Shown here: positions 41,314 to 54,213 of the stretch, piece after piece
How the letters are laid out: every line of letters begins with the position of its first letter
Numbering within the stretch: the stretch's first letter is position 1
DNA from: Candidatus Latescibacterota bacterium
Lineage (GTDB): Bacteria > Latescibacterota > UBA2968 > UBA8231
Length of the DNA: 64,000 bases
NCBI GenBank assembly: GCA_965208105.1
Contig: OZ242318.1
Location: 4,704,001 to 4,768,000, forward strand
Direction of reading: 5' to 3'
Translations under genes and position numbers: made by a program
The notes under the pieces: generated by a model
Database searches by the model: none
The model's input: only the letters and a program-made list of their open reading frames with translations
Told to the model about the DNA's origin: nothing

Positions 41314-44300
41314 GTGTTTGAGAGCGCCAACATCTTGAAAAGATCTACGGATTTCGATTCGATTCGCATTCAACTTGCCTCCCCCGACACAATCCGCACA
41401 TGGTCTCACGGCGAGGTAGCCAAACCGGAAACCATCAACTACCGCTCGTTTAAACCGGAACGCGACGGACTCTTTTGCGAGCGGATTTTTGGTCCCGTAA
41501 AGGATTGGACCTGCCACTGCGGAAAGTACAAAGGGATTCGCTACAGGGGAGTGGTCTGCGATCGCTGCGGCGTGGAGGTCACTCAAGCAAAGGTACGGCG
41601 GGAAAGGCTGGGGCAGATCGAGTTGGCCGTGCCGGTTTCCCATATATGGTATTTCAAATCCCTGCCTTCGAGGATAGGCGCTTTACTCGACATTTCGATG
41701 CGAAACCTCGAAAGGGTTCTGTATTACGAATCGCACATAGTCCTCGATCCCAAGGATTCGCCGGTGGAGGCAATGTCCCTGGTCACCGAGGAGCAATTGA
41801 TTGAACTGCAGGAACAGGGCTTCCATCCCGAGGTGGATATGGGGGCGCCCGCCATCAAGACCTTGCTCACCATGATCGATATAGAGGAGCTTTCCGCCGA
41901 GCTGCGGACGCAGGTCAGGATGGAGACCTCGATTCAACGGAAGCAGGAAGCCCTCAAGCGCCTGAAGGTGGTAGAAGCGTTTCGGCAGTCCGAGAATCGC
42001 CCCGAGTGGATGATTTTGGAAAACATCCCTGTCATTCCTCCAGATTTGCGGCCGCTGGTGCCGCTGGAAGGGGGACGTTTCGCCACCTCCGACCTGAATG
42101 ATCTGTACCGCCGGGTCATCAACCGCAACAACCGCTTGAAGAAACTGATCGGAATCAAGGCGCCCGAGGTCATTTTGCGCAACGAGAAAAGGATGCTGCA
42201 GGAGGCTGTGGATGCCCTTTTCGACAACGGACGGCGCTCGCGGGCGGTACGTGGCGACGGCAATCGCTCGCTGAAGTCCCTCAGCGATTTGCTCAAGGGA
42301 AAGCAGGGGAGGTTCCGGCAGAACCTTTTGGGGAAGCGCGTCGATTACTCGGGCCGCTCGGTTATCGTGGTGGGACCTGAATTGAAGCTTCATCAGTGCG
42401 GCCTGCCAAAAAGCATGGCTCTGGAGCTGTTTAAACCATTCGTCATAAAAAAGCTCGAAGAACACGGCCTGGTTCAGACGGTCAAGAGCGCAAAAAAACT
42501 GGTCGAACGCGAGCGCCCGGAAGTATGGGACATCTTGGAGGAAATCATCCAGGATCACTGCGTATTGCTCAATCGCGCCCCCACCCTGCACCGGTTGGGG
42601 ATCCAGGCCTTTCAGCCCATTCTCGTGGAAGGCAAGGCAATCCGCTTGCATCCCCTGGTTTGTGCCGCCTTCAATGCAGACTTCGACGGCGATCAGATGG
42701 CTGTTCACGTACCATTGTCCTTTGAGGCTCAGGTTGAAGCCCGGCTCCTGATGTTGGCTTCCAACAACATTCTCAAGCCCGCCGACGGCGAGCCGGTCGT
42801 CATGGATAACCCCCAGGATATAGTCCTGGGAAGCAACTACCTGACCAAGGTCAAATTCAGCGAGGGCACCAAGACGGAGAGGCGTTTCTCCAATCCCATC
42901 GAGGCACAGGCAGCCTATGAGGCCGGACGAATCATGCTGCACCAGCCGATCAAGGTTCGCATTAAAGGCGAAATCGTCGATACCACGGTAGGACGGCTCA
43001 TCTTCAACGAGGTATTGCCCGAGGAAATCGGCCTTATCAACCGGGGAGTGGCAAAGGACGACATCAAGACAATCACGGCGGAAGTTCACCGCCATCTGGG
43101 GAATCGCCGCACGGCTGAGTTTGTGGATGATCTCAAGAGGCTCGGCTATCATTATTCCACCATGGCCGGCATTACGATCTCTATCGACGACGTGGTGGTT
43201 CCCGAGGAAAAGAAGGAGCTGATCGACGCCGCGCTGCAGGAAGTGGAGAAGGTAGCCGATCAATACGCAAACGGGATCATTACCGATGGCGAACGCTATA
43301 ACAAGATCATCGATATTTGGACCCATGGCACCTCGGCCGTCTCCCGGGCTGCGCAGAGCACCCTGGAGGAGGCCGAAGAGGGTTTTAATTCGGTATATAT
43401 AATGAAAGACTCCGGCGCGCGCGGAAATGAAGACCAGATCAAGCAATTGGGAGGCATGCGGGGATTGATGAACAAGCCGCAGAAAAAGCTGACAGGGGCG
43501 GTAGGCGAAATAATCGAAACGCCGATTATAGCCTCCTTCAAAGAGGGCCTTTCCGTGCTCGAGTATTTTATTTCCACCCATGGCGCACGCAAGGGGCTGG
43601 CCGACACCGCCCTCAAGACCGCGGAGGCGGGCTATCTGACTCGACGCATGGTGGATGTCGCCCAGGATGTGGTAGTAAGTGAAGAGGACTGCGGTACTGT
43701 TCAAGGCCTCTGGGTCGGCGCTCTAAAGGACGGAGAGGAAATCGTAGAGCCTCTGGCCGATCGCATCGTGGGCCGAGTGTTGCTGGAAGATGTCGTCGAT
43801 GCGGTGGACGATAAGGTGGTTGTCGAGGCAGGAACCCTGCTGGAAGAGGGCGATGCCAACAAAATTGCGCAGGTCGGGGCGGACCAGGTTCTCATTCGTT
43901 CGGTGCTTACCTGCGAATCGGAACGCGGGGTCTGTGCCCGGTGCTACGGCCGCAACCTGGCCACGGGAAGAATCGTCAACGTGGGTGAAGCCGTGGGTGT
44001 GATAGCGGCTCAGAGCATCGGAGAACCGGGAACGCAGCTGACCCTCCGGACCTTCCACATCGGCGGGACGGCAAGTCGCATCGCCGAGCAGTCGCAGATT
44101 ACGGCCAGGCGACAGGGCCGCATCAACTTTGTCAACGTGGATACAGTCGACCATCCGGATACGGGACCAACGGTTACGGGCCGCAATGGTGAGATTGAGC
44201 TTCTCGATGAACAGAACAGGGTGCGTTCGCGCGTCAATGTACCTTATGGCGCTCTCCTAAAGGTCAGCAACGAACAGGAAGTGGAGGCATCTCAGGTTCT

Positions 44301-45405
44301 CTACGAATGGGACCCCTACAACATTGTTATCGTATCCGATCGCCCTGGCAAAGTAAATTTTATCGACATTGTCGAGGGAGTTACCATGCGCGAGGAGTTC
44401 GACGAAACCACGGGCATGAGTGCTCGCAGCATCGTCGAACAGCGTGACCGCTCGCTTAGTCCGCAGATAGAGATTGACAGCGCAGCAGGCGACAACCGCA
44501 ATTTTCTCATTCCGGTGGGGGCGCGCCTGCTGGTGATGGATGAAGCTGATATCCAACCGGGACAGATTCTGGCCAAGATTCCCCGCGAGCGTGCCAAGAC
44601 CCGTGATATTACTGGTGGCCTGCCCAGGGTGGTTGAACTCATCGAAGCCCGGCGCCCGAAGGAGCCGGCAGTAATTTCGGAGATCGACGGCACGGTCTGT
44701 TTTGGCGGGCTGGTGCGAGGAAACCGCGAATTGGTCGTTACCGGAGCAGACGGCCAGGAGCGCAAATACCTGGTCCCCTATGGCAAGCACCTGCGAGTCC
44801 ATGAAGGCGACCGGGTCGTTGCGGGCGAACGGCTTTCCGAAGGATCCGTGAACCCCCATGATATTCTACGGGTTCAGGGCGTAAGCAAGGTGCAGGAGTA
44901 CCTGGTGAACGAAATCCAGGATGTCTACCGCCTCCAGGCCGTGGAGATAAACGACAAGCACATAGAGGTGATAGTCAAGCAGATGCTGCAAAAAGTGCGG
45001 GTCATCGATCCGGGCGACACTAATTTTTTGGAAGGCGAGGAGGTAGACAAGATCCGATTCAACATTGAGAACGAGAAGGTGCTGAGCGAAGGTGGTGACC
45101 CGTCTACCTGTCAACCGATTCTATTGGGAATTACCCGCGCTTCTCTGCGAACCGACAGCTTTATTTCAGCCGCCTCGTTCCAGGAGACCACCAGGGTGCT
45201 CACCGAGGCAGCCGTCCAGGGCAAGATTGATCGTCTGCGGGGTCTCAAGGAAAATGTGATAATCGGACGGCTGATCCCCGCGGGGACGGGGACCGAAATT
45301 TACCGTGGAGCTTCGTACGAGGACCTGGAGGCCGGTGAAAATGGCCGGGAAGAGGAAGAAGAGGTGAAAGAAGTGGAAGGAATAAGCGCCCAGCCTGAAG
45401 GTTGA
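41314..45405 (+). CDS. rpoC: RNA polymerase beta' subunit
   Basis: [30 protein letters not shown]. Confidence 0.99.
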   Translation: MFESANILKRSTDFDSIRIQLASPDTIRTWSHGEVAKPETINYRSFKPERDGLFCERIFGPVKDWTCHCGKYKGIRYRGVVCDRCGVEVTQAKVRRERLGQIELAVPVSHIWYFKSLPSRIGALLDISMRNLERVLYYESHIVLDPKDSPVEAMSLVTEEQLIELQEQGFHPEVDMGAPAIKTLLTMIDIEELSAELRTQVRMETSIQRKQEALKRLKVVEAFRQSENRPEWMILENIPVIPPDLRPLVPLEGGRFATSDLNDLYRRVINRNNRLKKLIGIKAPEVILRNEKRMLQEAVDALFDNGRRSRAVRGDGNRSLKSLSDLLKGKQGRFRQNLLGKRVDYSGRSVIVVGPELKLHQCGLPKSMALELFKPFVIKKLEEHGLVQTVKSAKKLVERERPEVWDILEEIIQDHCVLLNRAPTLHRLGIQAFQPILVEGKAIRLHPLVCAAFNADFDGDQMAVHVPLSFEAQVEARLLMLASNNILKPADGEPVVMDNPQDIVLGSNYLTKVKFSEGTKTERRFSNPIEAQAAYEAGRIMLHQPIKVRIKGEIVDTTVGRLIFNEVLPEEIGLINRGVAKDDIKTITAEVHRHLGNRRTAEFVDDLKRLGYHYSTMAGITISIDDVVVPEEKKELIDAALQEVEKVADQYANGIITDGERYNKIIDIWTHGTSAVSRAAQSTLEEAEEGFNSVYIMKDSGARGNEDQIKQLGGMRGLMNKPQKKLTGAVGEIIETPIIASFKEGLSVLEYFISTHGARKGLADTALKTAEAGYLTRRMVDVAQDVVVSEEDCGTVQGLWVGALKDGEEIVEPLADRIVGRVLLEDVVDAVDDKVVVEAGTLLEEGDANKIAQVGADQVLIRSVLTCESERGVCARCYGRNLATGRIVNVGEAVGVIAAQSIGEPGTQLTLRTFHIGGTASRIAEQSQITARRQGRINFVNVDTVDHPDTGPTVTGRNGEIELLDEQNRVRSRVNVPYGALLKVSNEQEVEASQVLYEWDPYNIVIVSDRPGKVNFIDIVEGVTMREEFDETTGMSARSIVEQRDRSLSPQIEIDSAAGDNRNFLIPVGARLLVMDEADIQPGQILAKIPRERAKTRDITGGLPRVVELIEARRPKEPAVISEIDGTVCFGGLVRGNRELVVTGADGQERKYLVPYGKHLRVHEGDRVVAGERLSEGSVNPHDILRVQGVSKVQEYLVNEIQDVYRLQAVEINDKHIEVIVKQMLQKVRVIDPGDTNFLEGEEVDKIRFNIENEKVLSEGGDPSTCQPILLGITRASLRTDSFISAASFQETTRVLTEAAVQGKIDRLRGLKENVIIGRLIPAGTGTEIYRGASYEDLEAGENGREEEEEVKEVEGISAQPEG

Positions 45406-45690
45406 GCCCCATCAGGGGATTAGGCTTTTCAGGGTAACCCCGGGGTTGTCTCGCACGCCAGTGCGAGAACCTCGCTGAATGGACTCCCTGGCGGCCGAAG
45501 ACCCCCGCCTGGAAGGGGCCCACTCCCTGGCGGCGGGTATTGATCCGGGTGAGAATGAAATCGGGCCCTCGCAGGGTTCTCATTCTTCGCCCTTGGCCGG
45601 TTGCAGGTAATTTTCAGAACACACCGCTTTCCTTCTCGGAGTATCGAATCCCAAGCCAGGTTAATGTCGCGGGCGATTTTACCCAGCCTA

Positions 45691-45719
45691 TTGACATTCA
45701 GAGAAGGGGTATTTAGATT
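45691..45719 (+). promoter_or_regulatory. sigma70 promoter TTGACA-N17-TAGATT of the str operon
   Basis: Consensus spacing; ends ~40 nt before rpsL. Confidence 0.7.
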
Positions 45720-45760
45720 TTAAGTTTATTGTTTTCTCGATTTTGGAAGGGGTATGATCC

Positions 45761-46132
45761 TTGCCGACAATCAGCCAGTTGGTCCGGAAGGGCCGGAGGA
45801 AAAACTACAAGAAAAGCGACACCCCCCAGCTGGAAGGATGCCCGCAGCGCCGGGGGGTTTGCACCCGCGTCTACACAAGTACGCCCAGAAAACCCAATTC
45901 TGCGCTGCGCAAGATGGCCCGGGTGCGCCTGACCACGGGAATTGAAGTTACTGCCTACATTCCCGGTGAGGGCAACAATCTTCAGGAGCATTCGATCGTT
46001 CTGGTCAGGGGCGGACGCGTCAAGGACTGTCCAGGTGTTCGGTATCACATCATCCGAGGGGTTCTGGACACTAGCGGAGTGGAAGAACGCAGGCAAGGGC
46101 GATCCAAGTACGGTGCCAGGAAGCCTGATTAA
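45761..46132 (+). CDS. rpsL: 30S ribosomal protein S12
   Basis: [22 protein letters not shown]. Confidence 0.98.
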   Translation: MPTISQLVRKGRRKNYKKSDTPQLEGCPQRRGVCTRVYTSTPRKPNSALRKMARVRLTTGIEVTAYIPGEGNNLQEHSIVLVRGGRVKDCPGVRYHIIRGVLDTSGVEERRQGRSKYGARKPD

Positions 46133-46162
46133 CCATAATCTGGATTGCAGAAATAGGACTCA

Positions 46163-46633
46163 ATGTCTCGCCGCCGAAAAACCGTAAAAAGGCAGGTACT
46201 GCCCGATCCTAAATTCCACAACGTGCTGGTTGCTCGGTTTATCAACTCCCTGATGAAAAAGGGAAAGAAAAGCGTAGCCGAGCGCATCTTCTATCTGGCT
46301 ATTGACATGATAAACCAACGTTCCGACCAGGATGGGATCGAGATCTTTCAAAAAGCGGTGGAAAACGTCAAGCCCATTGTTATGGTGCGTTCACGCCGGG
46401 TAGGCGGGCAAACCTACCAGATCCCCATTGAGGTTCGTCCCGATGAGCGGACCGCACGCTCGATTCGCTGGCTGATCCGGTTTGCCCGGGAGAGATCTGA
46501 GCGCACCATGGCCGAGAGATTGGCCAATGAATTTATTGCCGCTTCCAAGGGCGATGGCAATGCCGTTCGGCAGCGCGAAGATGTACATCGCATGGCCGAG
46601 GCCAATAAAGCGTTTGCCCATTATCGGCTATAG
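46163..46633 (+). CDS. rpsG: 30S ribosomal protein S7
   Basis: [24 protein letters not shown]. Confidence 0.98.
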   Translation: MSRRRKTVKRQVLPDPKFHNVLVARFINSLMKKGKKSVAERIFYLAIDMINQRSDQDGIEIFQKAVENVKPIVMVRSRRVGGQTYQIPIEVRPDERTARSIRWLIRFARERSERTMAERLANEFIAASKGDGNAVRQREDVHRMAEANKAFAHYRL

Positions 46634-46650
46634 CCTGGGGAATGAATAGA

Positions 46651-48732
46651 ATGGCGCGCAAATACCCGTTGGAGACTACCAGAAACATTGGTATCGCGGC
46701 ACACATTGATGCCGGAAAAACGACGACCACCGAGCGCATGCTGTTCTATACGGGGCGTTTGCATCGCATGGGGGAAGTTCATGAAGGTACTGCCGCGATG
46801 GACTGGATGGACCAGGAGCGCGAAAGAGGCATCACGATCACATCCGCGGCGACAGCCTGCCAGTGGGATGATTTTCGGATCAACATAATCGATACGCCGG
46901 GGCATGTCGATTTTACTGCCGAGGTTGAGCGTTCATTGCGCGTCCTGGATGGAGCCATTGGAATTTTTTGCGCCGTCGGGGGAGTGGAACCCCAGTCTGA
47001 AACCGTCTGGCGGCAAGCCGACCGCTATAAGGTGCCGCGCATCGCATTCGTCAATAAAATGGACCGCAATGGCGCTGACTTTTACAAGGTCCTTTTGATG
47101 TTGAAAGAGCGCCTGGGGAGCAATTTTGTGCCAATCCAGCTTCCCGTTGGCCAGGGTGAGACCTTTACGGGCTTGGTCGATCTCGTCAAGATGAACGCGG
47201 TTTCCTATGGAGAGGGAAGCCAGGGAATCAGGTTTTATGAAGGCGACATCCCTGATGATCTGTTGGAAAATGCCTTGCATTGGCGTGAAAAACTGCTGGA
47301 AGCCGTTTCCGACTTCGACGATCGGCTCATGGAGAAATTCCTGGATGGAGAGGAGATTCATCCCGATGAGATCTGGGCAGCCCTGAGACGAGCCACGATT
47401 TCCCTGAAAGCGGTACCGGTTACCTGTGGCAGCTCATTCCGTTACAAAGGGGTCCAGCGCCTTCTCGATGCGGTGGTGAAATTTTTGCCTTCACCAGCAG
47501 ATGTGGAAGAGGTCAAGGGCACACTCCCTGATTCGGAAGAGAGCGTGGTCCGCTACGCCAGAGACGATGAACCCTTTGCCGGCCTTGCCTTCAAGGTAAT
47601 GACCGATCCGTACGTAGGACGCCTGACCTTCGTACGAGTTTACTCCGGGACCCTCGAGGCCGGTTCCTACCTCTTCAATTCTACGACTGGCAAGCGCGAG
47701 AGGATCTCGAGATTGCTGGAAATGCATGCCAATGATCGCACCGAACGGCAGGAGGTGAACGCGGGAGATATCGTGGCCGTGGTCGGACTCAAGGATACGA
47801 CCACGGGAGATACTCTGTGCGACGAAAAAAATCCCTTAATCCTGGAGAAAATCGAGTTTGCAGAGCCTGTGGTGCACGTTGCCATAGAGCCTAAGACGCG
47901 CGTCGACCAGGAACAGCTCCACATTGCATTGACCAAGTTCAGTGAGGAAGATCCGACTTTCAAGGTCAGGATTGACGAAGAGACCGGACAAACTGTCATG
48001 TCGGGAATGGGTGAGCTCCATCTGGAGATCCTCATCGACAGAATGTTCCGCGAATTCAAAGTCGAGGCCAATGTTGGACGCCCTCAGGTCGCTTACAAGG
48101 AGGGAATCCACAAAGGCGTGGAGGCCACGGGTCGTTTCGTCCGCCAGACAGGCGGTCGTGGACAGTACGGCCATGTGGTAATCGAGATGGAGCCAGGCGA
48201 GCCGGGAAGCGGACTGCTCTTCGAACCGAGGATCAAGGGCGGATCCATCCCCCTCGAGTACGTGCCCTCGGTTCGCGCAGGCATACAGGAAGCAATGGCC
48301 ACGGGACCACTGGCAGGGTATCCCATCGAGGACGTAAAAGTGGCTCTCCTGGATGGCTCCTATCACGAGGTCGATTCATCTGAGATGGCATTCAAGGTGG
48401 CTGGGTCTATGGCCTTCAAGGAAGGTGCGCGGAAAGCTTCCCCCTATCTCATGGAGCCGATCATGAGGCTGGAAGTGGTCGTGCCGGAGCAGTATATGGG
48501 AGATGTCATAGCCGATCTCCAATCTCATCGCGGCGATATCCTCGGAATCAATCCCAGGTCCGATGCCCAGGTGGTGAACGCGGTGATTCCACTCAGCGAA
48601 ACCTTTGGATATGCGACCAGACTGCGGTCTCATACCCAGGGGCGCGCGGTATTCACCATGCAGTTCGAAAAGTACCAGGAAGTGCCCCGGCAAATTACGG
48701 ATGAACTCGTCTCCAGGATCAGCGGCCAGTAG
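46651..48732 (+). CDS. fusA: elongation factor G
   Basis: [26 protein letters not shown]. Confidence 0.98.
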   Translation: MARKYPLETTRNIGIAAHIDAGKTTTTERMLFYTGRLHRMGEVHEGTAAMDWMDQERERGITITSAATACQWDDFRINIIDTPGHVDFTAEVERSLRVLDGAIGIFCAVGGVEPQSETVWRQADRYKVPRIAFVNKMDRNGADFYKVLLMLKERLGSNFVPIQLPVGQGETFTGLVDLVKMNAVSYGEGSQGIRFYEGDIPDDLLENALHWREKLLEAVSDFDDRLMEKFLDGEEIHPDEIWAALRRATISLKAVPVTCGSSFRYKGVQRLLDAVVKFLPSPADVEEVKGTLPDSEESVVRYARDDEPFAGLAFKVMTDPYVGRLTFVRVYSGTLEAGSYLFNSTTGKRERISRLLEMHANDRTERQEVNAGDIVAVVGLKDTTTGDTLCDEKNPLILEKIEFAEPVVHVAIEPKTRVDQEQLHIALTKFSEEDPTFKVRIDEETGQTVMSGMGELHLEILIDRMFREFKVEANVGRPQVAYKEGIHKGVEATGRFVRQTGGRGQYGHVVIEMEPGEPGSGLLFEPRIKGGSIPLEYVPSVRAGIQEAMATGPLAGYPIEDVKVALLDGSYHEVDSSEMAFKVAGSMAFKEGARKASPYLMEPIMRLEVVVPEQYMGDVIADLQSHRGDILGINPRSDAQVVNAVIPLSETFGYATRLRSHTQGRAVFTMQFEKYQEVPRQITDELVSRISGQ

Positions 48733-48787
48733 AATGGCTCGAGGCGCAAAGATTTATTGAAAACCCAGAAGGGAAGGATGGAAGCAA

Positions 48788-49978
48788 ATGGCCAAAGAAA
48801 CCTTTCAGCGCACAAAGCCTCACGTCAATATCGGCACCATAGGTCACGTCGATCATGGCAAAACGACGCTGACCGCCGCCATTACTCTATACTTGTCCTC
48901 CAAAGGGATGGCGGAGCAGAGGTCGGTCGACGATATAGATAATGCACCGGAAGAAAAGGCCCGAGGGGTAACGATCAATGTTTCCCACCAGGAATATGAG
49001 ACGGAAAGCAGGCATTACGCCCATGTCGATTGCCCTGGTCACGCAGACTATATCAAGAATATGATTACCGGGGCCGCGCAGATGGATGGTGCCATTCTGG
49101 TCGTGAGTGCGGCTGACGGCCCGATGATTCAAACCAGGGAGCACATCCTTCTTGCCCGCCAGGTCAATGTTCCACAGATCGTCGTCTATCTCAACAAGGT
49201 TGATATGGTGGACGATGAGGAATTGCTCGACCTGGTCGAACTCGAAACCCGGGAATTGCTTTCCGAGTACGATTTTCCGGGCGATGACGTACCTGTGATT
49301 CGCGGATCTGCCCTCAAGGCTCTGGAGGGTGAGGACAGCGATGTCGGCGTACAATCCATTGAGGAGCTCATGCAGGCGGTTGATGAGTTCATCCCCATGC
49401 CCCAGCGCCCTGTAGACCAGCCATTTCTCATGCCGGTCGAGGATGTCTTCAGCATTACCGGTCGCGGGACTGTGGGGACCGGGCGTGTCGAGCGCGGCAA
49501 GATCAAGACGGGCGAGGGTGTTGAGGTTGTCGGGATCAAAGAAACCCAAAAAACGGTATGCACGGGCGTAGAAATGTTTCGCAAGCTGCTTGATGAAGGT
49601 GAGGCGGGCGATAATGTCGGCCTTCTCCTGCGGGGTGTGGAAAAGGACGAATTGATGAGGGGCATGGTGATCTGCCAGCCCGGCTCAATCACCCCGCATA
49701 TCAAATTCAAAGCCGAAGTATATGTTCTGACCAGCAAGGAAGGCGGCCGCGAAAAACCATTCTTTTCCGGCTATCGTCCCCAGTTTTTCTTCCGTACTAC
49801 GGACGTTACCGGGTCAATCGCCCTGCCGGAAGGGACAGAGATGGTCATGCCGGGAGACAACGTCAACATGGAAGTCGAGCTGCATCAACCAATCGCTATT
49901 GAAAAGACGCTTAAATTCGCTATCCGCGAGGGTGGCCGCACCATTGGATCGGGCGTAGTAACAGATATCGCCGAATGA
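48788..49978 (+). CDS. tuf: elongation factor Tu
   Basis: [30 protein letters not shown]. Confidence 0.99.
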   Translation: MAKETFQRTKPHVNIGTIGHVDHGKTTLTAAITLYLSSKGMAEQRSVDDIDNAPEEKARGVTINVSHQEYETESRHYAHVDCPGHADYIKNMITGAAQMDGAILVVSAADGPMIQTREHILLARQVNVPQIVVYLNKVDMVDDEELLDLVELETRELLSEYDFPGDDVPVIRGSALKALEGEDSDVGVQSIEELMQAVDEFIPMPQRPVDQPFLMPVEDVFSITGRGTVGTGRVERGKIKTGEGVEVVGIKETQKTVCTGVEMFRKLLDEGEAGDNVGLLLRGVEKDELMRGMVICQPGSITPHIKFKAEVYVLTSKEGGREKPFFSGYRPQFFFRTTDVTGSIALPEGTEMVMPGDNVNMEVELHQPIAIEKTLKFAIREGGRTIGSGVVTDIAE

Positions 49979-50006
49979 TTCCGATGCTTGTTTCCAGGAG
50001 AAAAAT

Positions 50007-50315
50007 GTGGCAGTCGACAGGATCCGCATACGTTTAAAGGCTTACGACCATGCTGCCCTGGACAAATCTGTGGACGAAATTGTCCAGACGGTAAAGCGTA
50101 GCGGTGCCCAGATTGTCGGACCTGTTCCGCTTCCGACCGCTCGGACTATATACACGGTGTTGAGATCGCCCAATGTCGACAAGAAGTCGAGAGAGCAGTT
50201 CGAAACCCGGGTCCACAAACGTCTCATCGATATCTATGATTCAACCCCGCAGACAGTGGACGCACTTATGAAACTCGACCTGCCGGCCGGAATTGGCATA
50301 GATATAAAGGTGTAG
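50007..50315 (+). CDS. rpsJ: 30S ribosomal protein S10
   Basis: [24 protein letters not shown]. Confidence 0.98.
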   Translation: MAVDRIRIRLKAYDHAALDKSVDEIVQTVKRSGAQIVGPVPLPTARTIYTVLRSPNVDKKSREQFETRVHKRLIDIYDSTPQTVDALMKLDLPAGIGIDIKV

Positions 50316-50348
50316 CGAGGTAAGTTCAGAGAGAGGCCGTGGTGAGAG

Positions 50349-51005
50349 ATGGGTGAACATGTTGACGTGTTGAATAGTGAGGGAATGTCCCAGGGCTCCA
50401 TCGAACTCCCAGACTATCTGTTTGATGCGGAGGTCTCCGAACACGCTCTGTATAGAGCCGTGACAACCTATCTGGCCAACCAGAGGCAGGGGAACGCTTC
50501 GACGAAGACCCGCTCTGAGGTGAGGCGGACCGGTAAAAAACACCATAGGCAAAAGGGCATCGGAATTGCCCGTCGAGGTTCTCTGGGTTCGCCCCTGTTG
50601 CGGGGAGGAGGGGTGGCGTTCGGTCCCAAGCCCCGATCCTACCACTCGAATCTTCCCAAATTGCTGAAGCGATTGGCTTTTCGTTCTGCTCTGACTCTCA
50701 AGAGGCGAAGCGGAAGTATAAAGGTGGTGGAAGATTTCGACTTTTCCGAGCCCAGCACGAAATCCTTTCTTGGAATAATCAGAGCATGTGGATTGGAAGG
50801 GAGGAAACTCCTGTTTGTCACTCCCGGAAGCATTCCAGTCCTCGTCAAATCGTGTCGAAATTTGCCCGGAGTTCAGATAAGACCTGCAGATTCTTTATGT
50901 ACATATGATGTTGTGGATGCAGACTCCTTGTTGATTACTCGAAAGGCGTTGGAAGTGCTCTCCCTCAATTATGTGAATTCCAAGGGGGGAGGAGAAAGAG
51001 GATGA
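50349..51005 (+). CDS. rplD: 50S ribosomal protein L4
   Basis: RQGNASTKTRSEV, QKG, GGGVAFGPKPR. Confidence 0.97.
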   Translation: MGEHVDVLNSEGMSQGSIELPDYLFDAEVSEHALYRAVTTYLANQRQGNASTKTRSEVRRTGKKHHRQKGIGIARRGSLGSPLLRGGGVAFGPKPRSYHSNLPKLLKRLAFRSALTLKRRSGSIKVVEDFDFSEPSTKSFLGIIRACGLEGRKLLFVTPGSIPVLVKSCRNLPGVQIRPADSLCTYDVVDADSLLITRKALEVLSLNYVNSKGGGERG

Positions 51006-51289
51006 ACAGCCACCGGACCATTATTCGCAAGCCCATTGTCACGGAGAAAGCCACCATTCTGCGCGAGGGGAACAAGTACACCTTCCGGGTAGACAGAAGG
51101 GCCAACAAAATCCAGATCCGGGAGGCTATCGAGGCCATTTTTGACGTCCGGGTAAAGTCCGTTTGCACCGTTTCGGTACCCGGGAAACCCAAGCGCCAGG
51201 GTGCATTCGAGGGGCGATGCTCCAGCTGGAAGAAAGCTTACGTTACCTTGAGAGAAGGGGACGTGATTGATGTATTGGATGCTGCCTGA
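51002..51289 (+). CDS. rplW: 50S ribosomal protein L23
   Basis: PIVTEK, ANKIQI, WKKAYVTL. Confidence 0.97.
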   Translation: MNSHRTIIRKPIVTEKATILREGNKYTFRVDRRANKIQIREAIEAIFDVRVKSVCTVSVPGKPKRQGAFEGRCSSWKKAYVTLREGDVIDVLDAA

Positions 51290-51310
51290 TAATTTCCGAG
51301 GAAAGCGATA

Positions 51311-52141
51311 ATGCCGGTCAAGAAATTCCGCCCTGTCACCCCGTCGCAGCGCCACAAGACCGTAAATTCCTTCGAAGGGTTGACAGAGGGGGCTCCGGAG
51401 AGAAGACTGCTCGCCCCTCTTACCAGGTCGGGAGGACGCAATAACCAGGGCCGCATGACCATGAGGAGGCGGGGAGGAGGACACAAGAGAAGGTATCGCG
51501 TCGTCGATTTCAAGCGCAATAAACCGGGGGTTCCGGGAAAGGTTAGTTCCATCGAGTACGATCCGGTGCGCTCGGCGTTTATTGCTTTGATAGCCTATAT
51601 CGACGGAGACAAGCGCTACATTCTTGCGCCGGATGGACTCGAGGCAGGAATGTCGGTTATGTCAGGGGACAAGGCTCCCATCCAGGTTGGCAATGCTCTT
51701 CCGCTATCCAGGATTCCACTTGGCACCACCTTGCACAACATCGAGTTGTATCCCGGCCGCGGTGGACAATTGGCGCGTAGTGCCGGTTCGGGCGTTCAGC
51801 TGTTGAGCCGGGATGAGGAGCGTGCTCAGCTGAGGATGCCATCCGGCGAGCTTCGGGAGGTTCTGGTCGAGTGCTTGGCAACGATTGGACAAGTGGGCAA
51901 TACGGAACACCAGAATGTCGACTTGGGCAAAGCTGGACGAGCGCGCTGGCTTGGACGTCGCCCCAAGGTACGTGGTGTGGTTATGAATCCGGTTGACCAT
52001 CCCCATGGAGGAGGGGAGGGCAAATCTTCAGGTGGGCGTCACCCGGTAACCCCCTGGGGCAAGCCCACCAAGGGATACAAGACGCGCAAACGCAAAATAA
52101 AGTCTGATGCATGGATCCTGCGGCGACGCAATGCCAAATGA
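51311..52141 (+). CDS. rplB: 50S ribosomal protein L2
   Basis: [21 protein letters not shown]. Confidence 0.98.
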   Translation: MPVKKFRPVTPSQRHKTVNSFEGLTEGAPERRLLAPLTRSGGRNNQGRMTMRRRGGGHKRRYRVVDFKRNKPGVPGKVSSIEYDPVRSAFIALIAYIDGDKRYILAPDGLEAGMSVMSGDKAPIQVGNALPLSRIPLGTTLHNIELYPGRGGQLARSAGSGVQLLSRDEERAQLRMPSGELREVLVECLATIGQVGNTEHQNVDLGKAGRARWLGRRPKVRGVVMNPVDHPHGGGEGKSSGGRHPVTPWGKPTKGYKTRKRKIKSDAWILRRRNAK

Positions 52142-52156
52142 GAAATGGAATGAATA

Positions 52157-52447
52157 ATGGCCAGATCGATTAAAAAAGGTCCCTTTATTGATTCGCACTT
52201 GTACTCAAAGATCGAAGAACTCAACAGGACAGGTGATAAGAGGGTAATCAGGACCTGGTCAAGACGTTCCACCATTGCGCCCGAGTTTGTTGGCCATACC
52301 CTGGCAGTACACAACGGGAATAAATTCATTCCGGTATACATAACCGAGAATATGGTTGGGCACAAGTTAGGGGAATTTGCCCCGACACGCACCTTTCGGG
52401 GACATGGTGGAAGGCTGAGTGAACGCGCAAGCGGGATTCGCGGGTAG
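52157..52447 (+). CDS. rpsS: 30S ribosomal protein S19
   Basis: [21 protein letters not shown]. Confidence 0.98.
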   Translation: MARSIKKGPFIDSHLYSKIEELNRTGDKRVIRTWSRRSTIAPEFVGHTLAVHNGNKFIPVYITENMVGHKLGEFAPTRTFRGHGGRLSERASGIRG

Positions 52448-52453
52448 GGAAGT

Positions 52454-52801
52454 ATGGAAGGGAGAGCGGTTCTGAAACAGATTGGAGTTCCGGCAACCAA
52501 ATTGCGACAGGTGGTCGATTTGATCCGCGGTATGCCTGTCGAGGAAGCCTTGAGCACTTTACGTCATTCATCCAGGCCCGTCTCCAAGCTGGTCGAAAAG
52601 ACCTTGCGCTCGGCCATCGCCAATGCTCTCAACAAGGACACCGAAACTCCTGTCGATGAGGAAGAACTTTTCATCAGGAACATTTATGCTGACAGAGCTC
52701 GTGATCTAAAGCGATTGAGGCCACGCGCACGAGGTTCCGCGGATCGTATCTCAAAGGGGCATTCCCATCTAACTGTGATCGTAAGCGATCAAATCACCTA
52801 A
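52454..52801 (+). CDS. rplV: 50S ribosomal protein L22
   Basis: LIRG, SAIANA, RPRARG; synteny. Confidence 0.96.
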   Translation: MEGRAVLKQIGVPATKLRQVVDLIRGMPVEEALSTLRHSSRPVSKLVEKTLRSAIANALNKDTETPVDEEELFIRNIYADRARDLKRLRPRARGSADRISKGHSHLTVIVSDQIT

Positions 52802-52820
52802 ATCATCTGGGAGGATTTGT

Positions 52821-53474
52821 TTGGGACAGAAAACACATCCATACGGCTTCCGGGTAGGCGTGATTAAGAACTGGCGTTCGAACTGGTTCGCCGAAAAGGA
52901 CTTCGCCGAGTTGCTCAGGGAAGACACCATGCTCAGGCGGTATGTAAAGCAGCGTCTACAACGCGCCGGCGTCTCCCACATCAATATCGAGAGGCAGCCC
53001 AAGAGGGTTACCGTAGAGGTCCACACGGCACGTCCCGGCATTGCGATCGGTCGTCGCGGTGCGGAGGTTGATAAATTGAGGGATGAACTTAAGCAAGTTA
53101 CCGGCAAGGATGTCTCATTGAATATTCAGGAAGTCAAGAAACCCGAGTTGGATGCCCAACTCGTGGCCGACAACCTCGCCCGGCAATTGCAGCAGCGCGT
53201 GGCGTTCCGACGCGCCGTGAAGAAGGCGGTTGCCTCCTCGATGCGCATGGGTGCAGAGGGCATTCGAATTGTCTGCTCCGGTCGGATCAATGGATCCGAA
53301 ATGGGGAGACGCGAGCGCTCGGAACCGGCTGGTCGAGTTCCTTTGCACACCTTGCGGGCGGATATCGATTTTGGCAAGGCCACCGCATTTACCGTTTCGG
53401 GAACCGTTGGGGTGAAGGTGTGGATCTGCCACGGAGAAGTGGTTGACGAGGAAGAGCCTGTTGCTCAGATATAG
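52821..53474 (+). CDS. rpsC: 30S ribosomal protein S3
   Basis: GQKTHPYGFR, GRVPLHTLRADID. Confidence 0.98.
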   Translation: MGQKTHPYGFRVGVIKNWRSNWFAEKDFAELLREDTMLRRYVKQRLQRAGVSHINIERQPKRVTVEVHTARPGIAIGRRGAEVDKLRDELKQVTGKDVSLNIQEVKKPELDAQLVADNLARQLQQRVAFRRAVKKAVASSMRMGAEGIRIVCSGRINGSEMGRRERSEPAGRVPLHTLRADIDFGKATAFTVSGTVGVKVWICHGEVVDEEEPVAQI

Positions 53475-53577
53475 CCTGCGGGCCGTTTTGGGCTTCAATA
53501 TGCAATTGTCGTTTGCAAGGAAAGAAAAAGGGGAATTCAATCAGTTGCCATTGCTGATTGGGTGAGGAGGCAGGCCG

Positions 53578-53988
53578 ATGCTAATGCCCAAGAAGGTCAA
53601 GTGGAGAAAGCAATCTCGCGGACGTCTGCGCGGCAATACGAAGGGGGGGGAGATGGTCTCCTTCGGCGAATATGGGCTGAAAGCTCTGGAGCCCGGTTGG
53701 ATAACCAGCAATCAAATTGAAGCTGCCCGCATTGCGGTCAGCCGTTTTATAAGCCGTACAGGGAAATTCTGGATCAGGATTTTTCCAGACAAGCCCATTA
53801 CAAAAAAGCCGGCCGAGACCCGGATGGGGAAGGGGAAAGGTGCCCCGGAGGGCTGGGTGGCGGTCGTCAAGCCTGGACGGGTCATGTTCGAACTTTCCGG
53901 GGTTGATGCAGAGGTGGCTAAGCAAGCTTTCCGCCGGGCAGGGCATAAATTGCCGATTAAAACCAAGTTCGTCGAACGGGTTGGATGA
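53578..53988 (+). CDS. rplP: 50S ribosomal protein L16
   Basis: [21 protein letters not shown]. Confidence 0.98.
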   Translation: MLMPKKVKWRKQSRGRLRGNTKGGEMVSFGEYGLKALEPGWITSNQIEAARIAVSRFISRTGKFWIRIFPDKPITKKPAETRMGKGKGAPEGWVAVVKPGRVMFELSGVDAEVAKQAFRRAGHKLPIKTKFVERVG

Positions 53989-53990
53989 TC

Positions 53991-54209
53991 ATGAAGGCCG
54001 CCGACATAAGGGAACTGAGCCTCGAAGAGGTGAATGCCAGGCTGGAAGACCTCCTGGAGGAAAGCTTCAACCTGCGTTTTCAGCATGCATCGGGCCAGGT
54101 TGCCAGTCCCATCCGGCTGCGTCAAGTTCGCCGCGAAATCGCGTGCGTCCACACGGTTCTCAGAGAACACGAACTGGGTCTCAGGGCCCTGGCGGCAGGG
54201 AAAGAATAA
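53991..54209 (+). CDS. rpmC: 50S ribosomal protein L29
   Basis: FNLRFQ, VRREIA; synteny. Confidence 0.96.
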   Translation: MKAADIRELSLEEVNARLEDLLEESFNLRFQHASGQVASPIRLRQVRREIACVHTVLREHELGLRALAAGKE

Positions 54210-54213
54210 AATC

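Noticed and set aside
41683-43704. 673-aa antisense ORF inside rpoC, and similar long antisense ORFs in carB, rpoB, secY and the aminotransferase
   Set aside because: Shadow frames expected from GC-rich codon bias opposite conserved genes; no recognisable motifs
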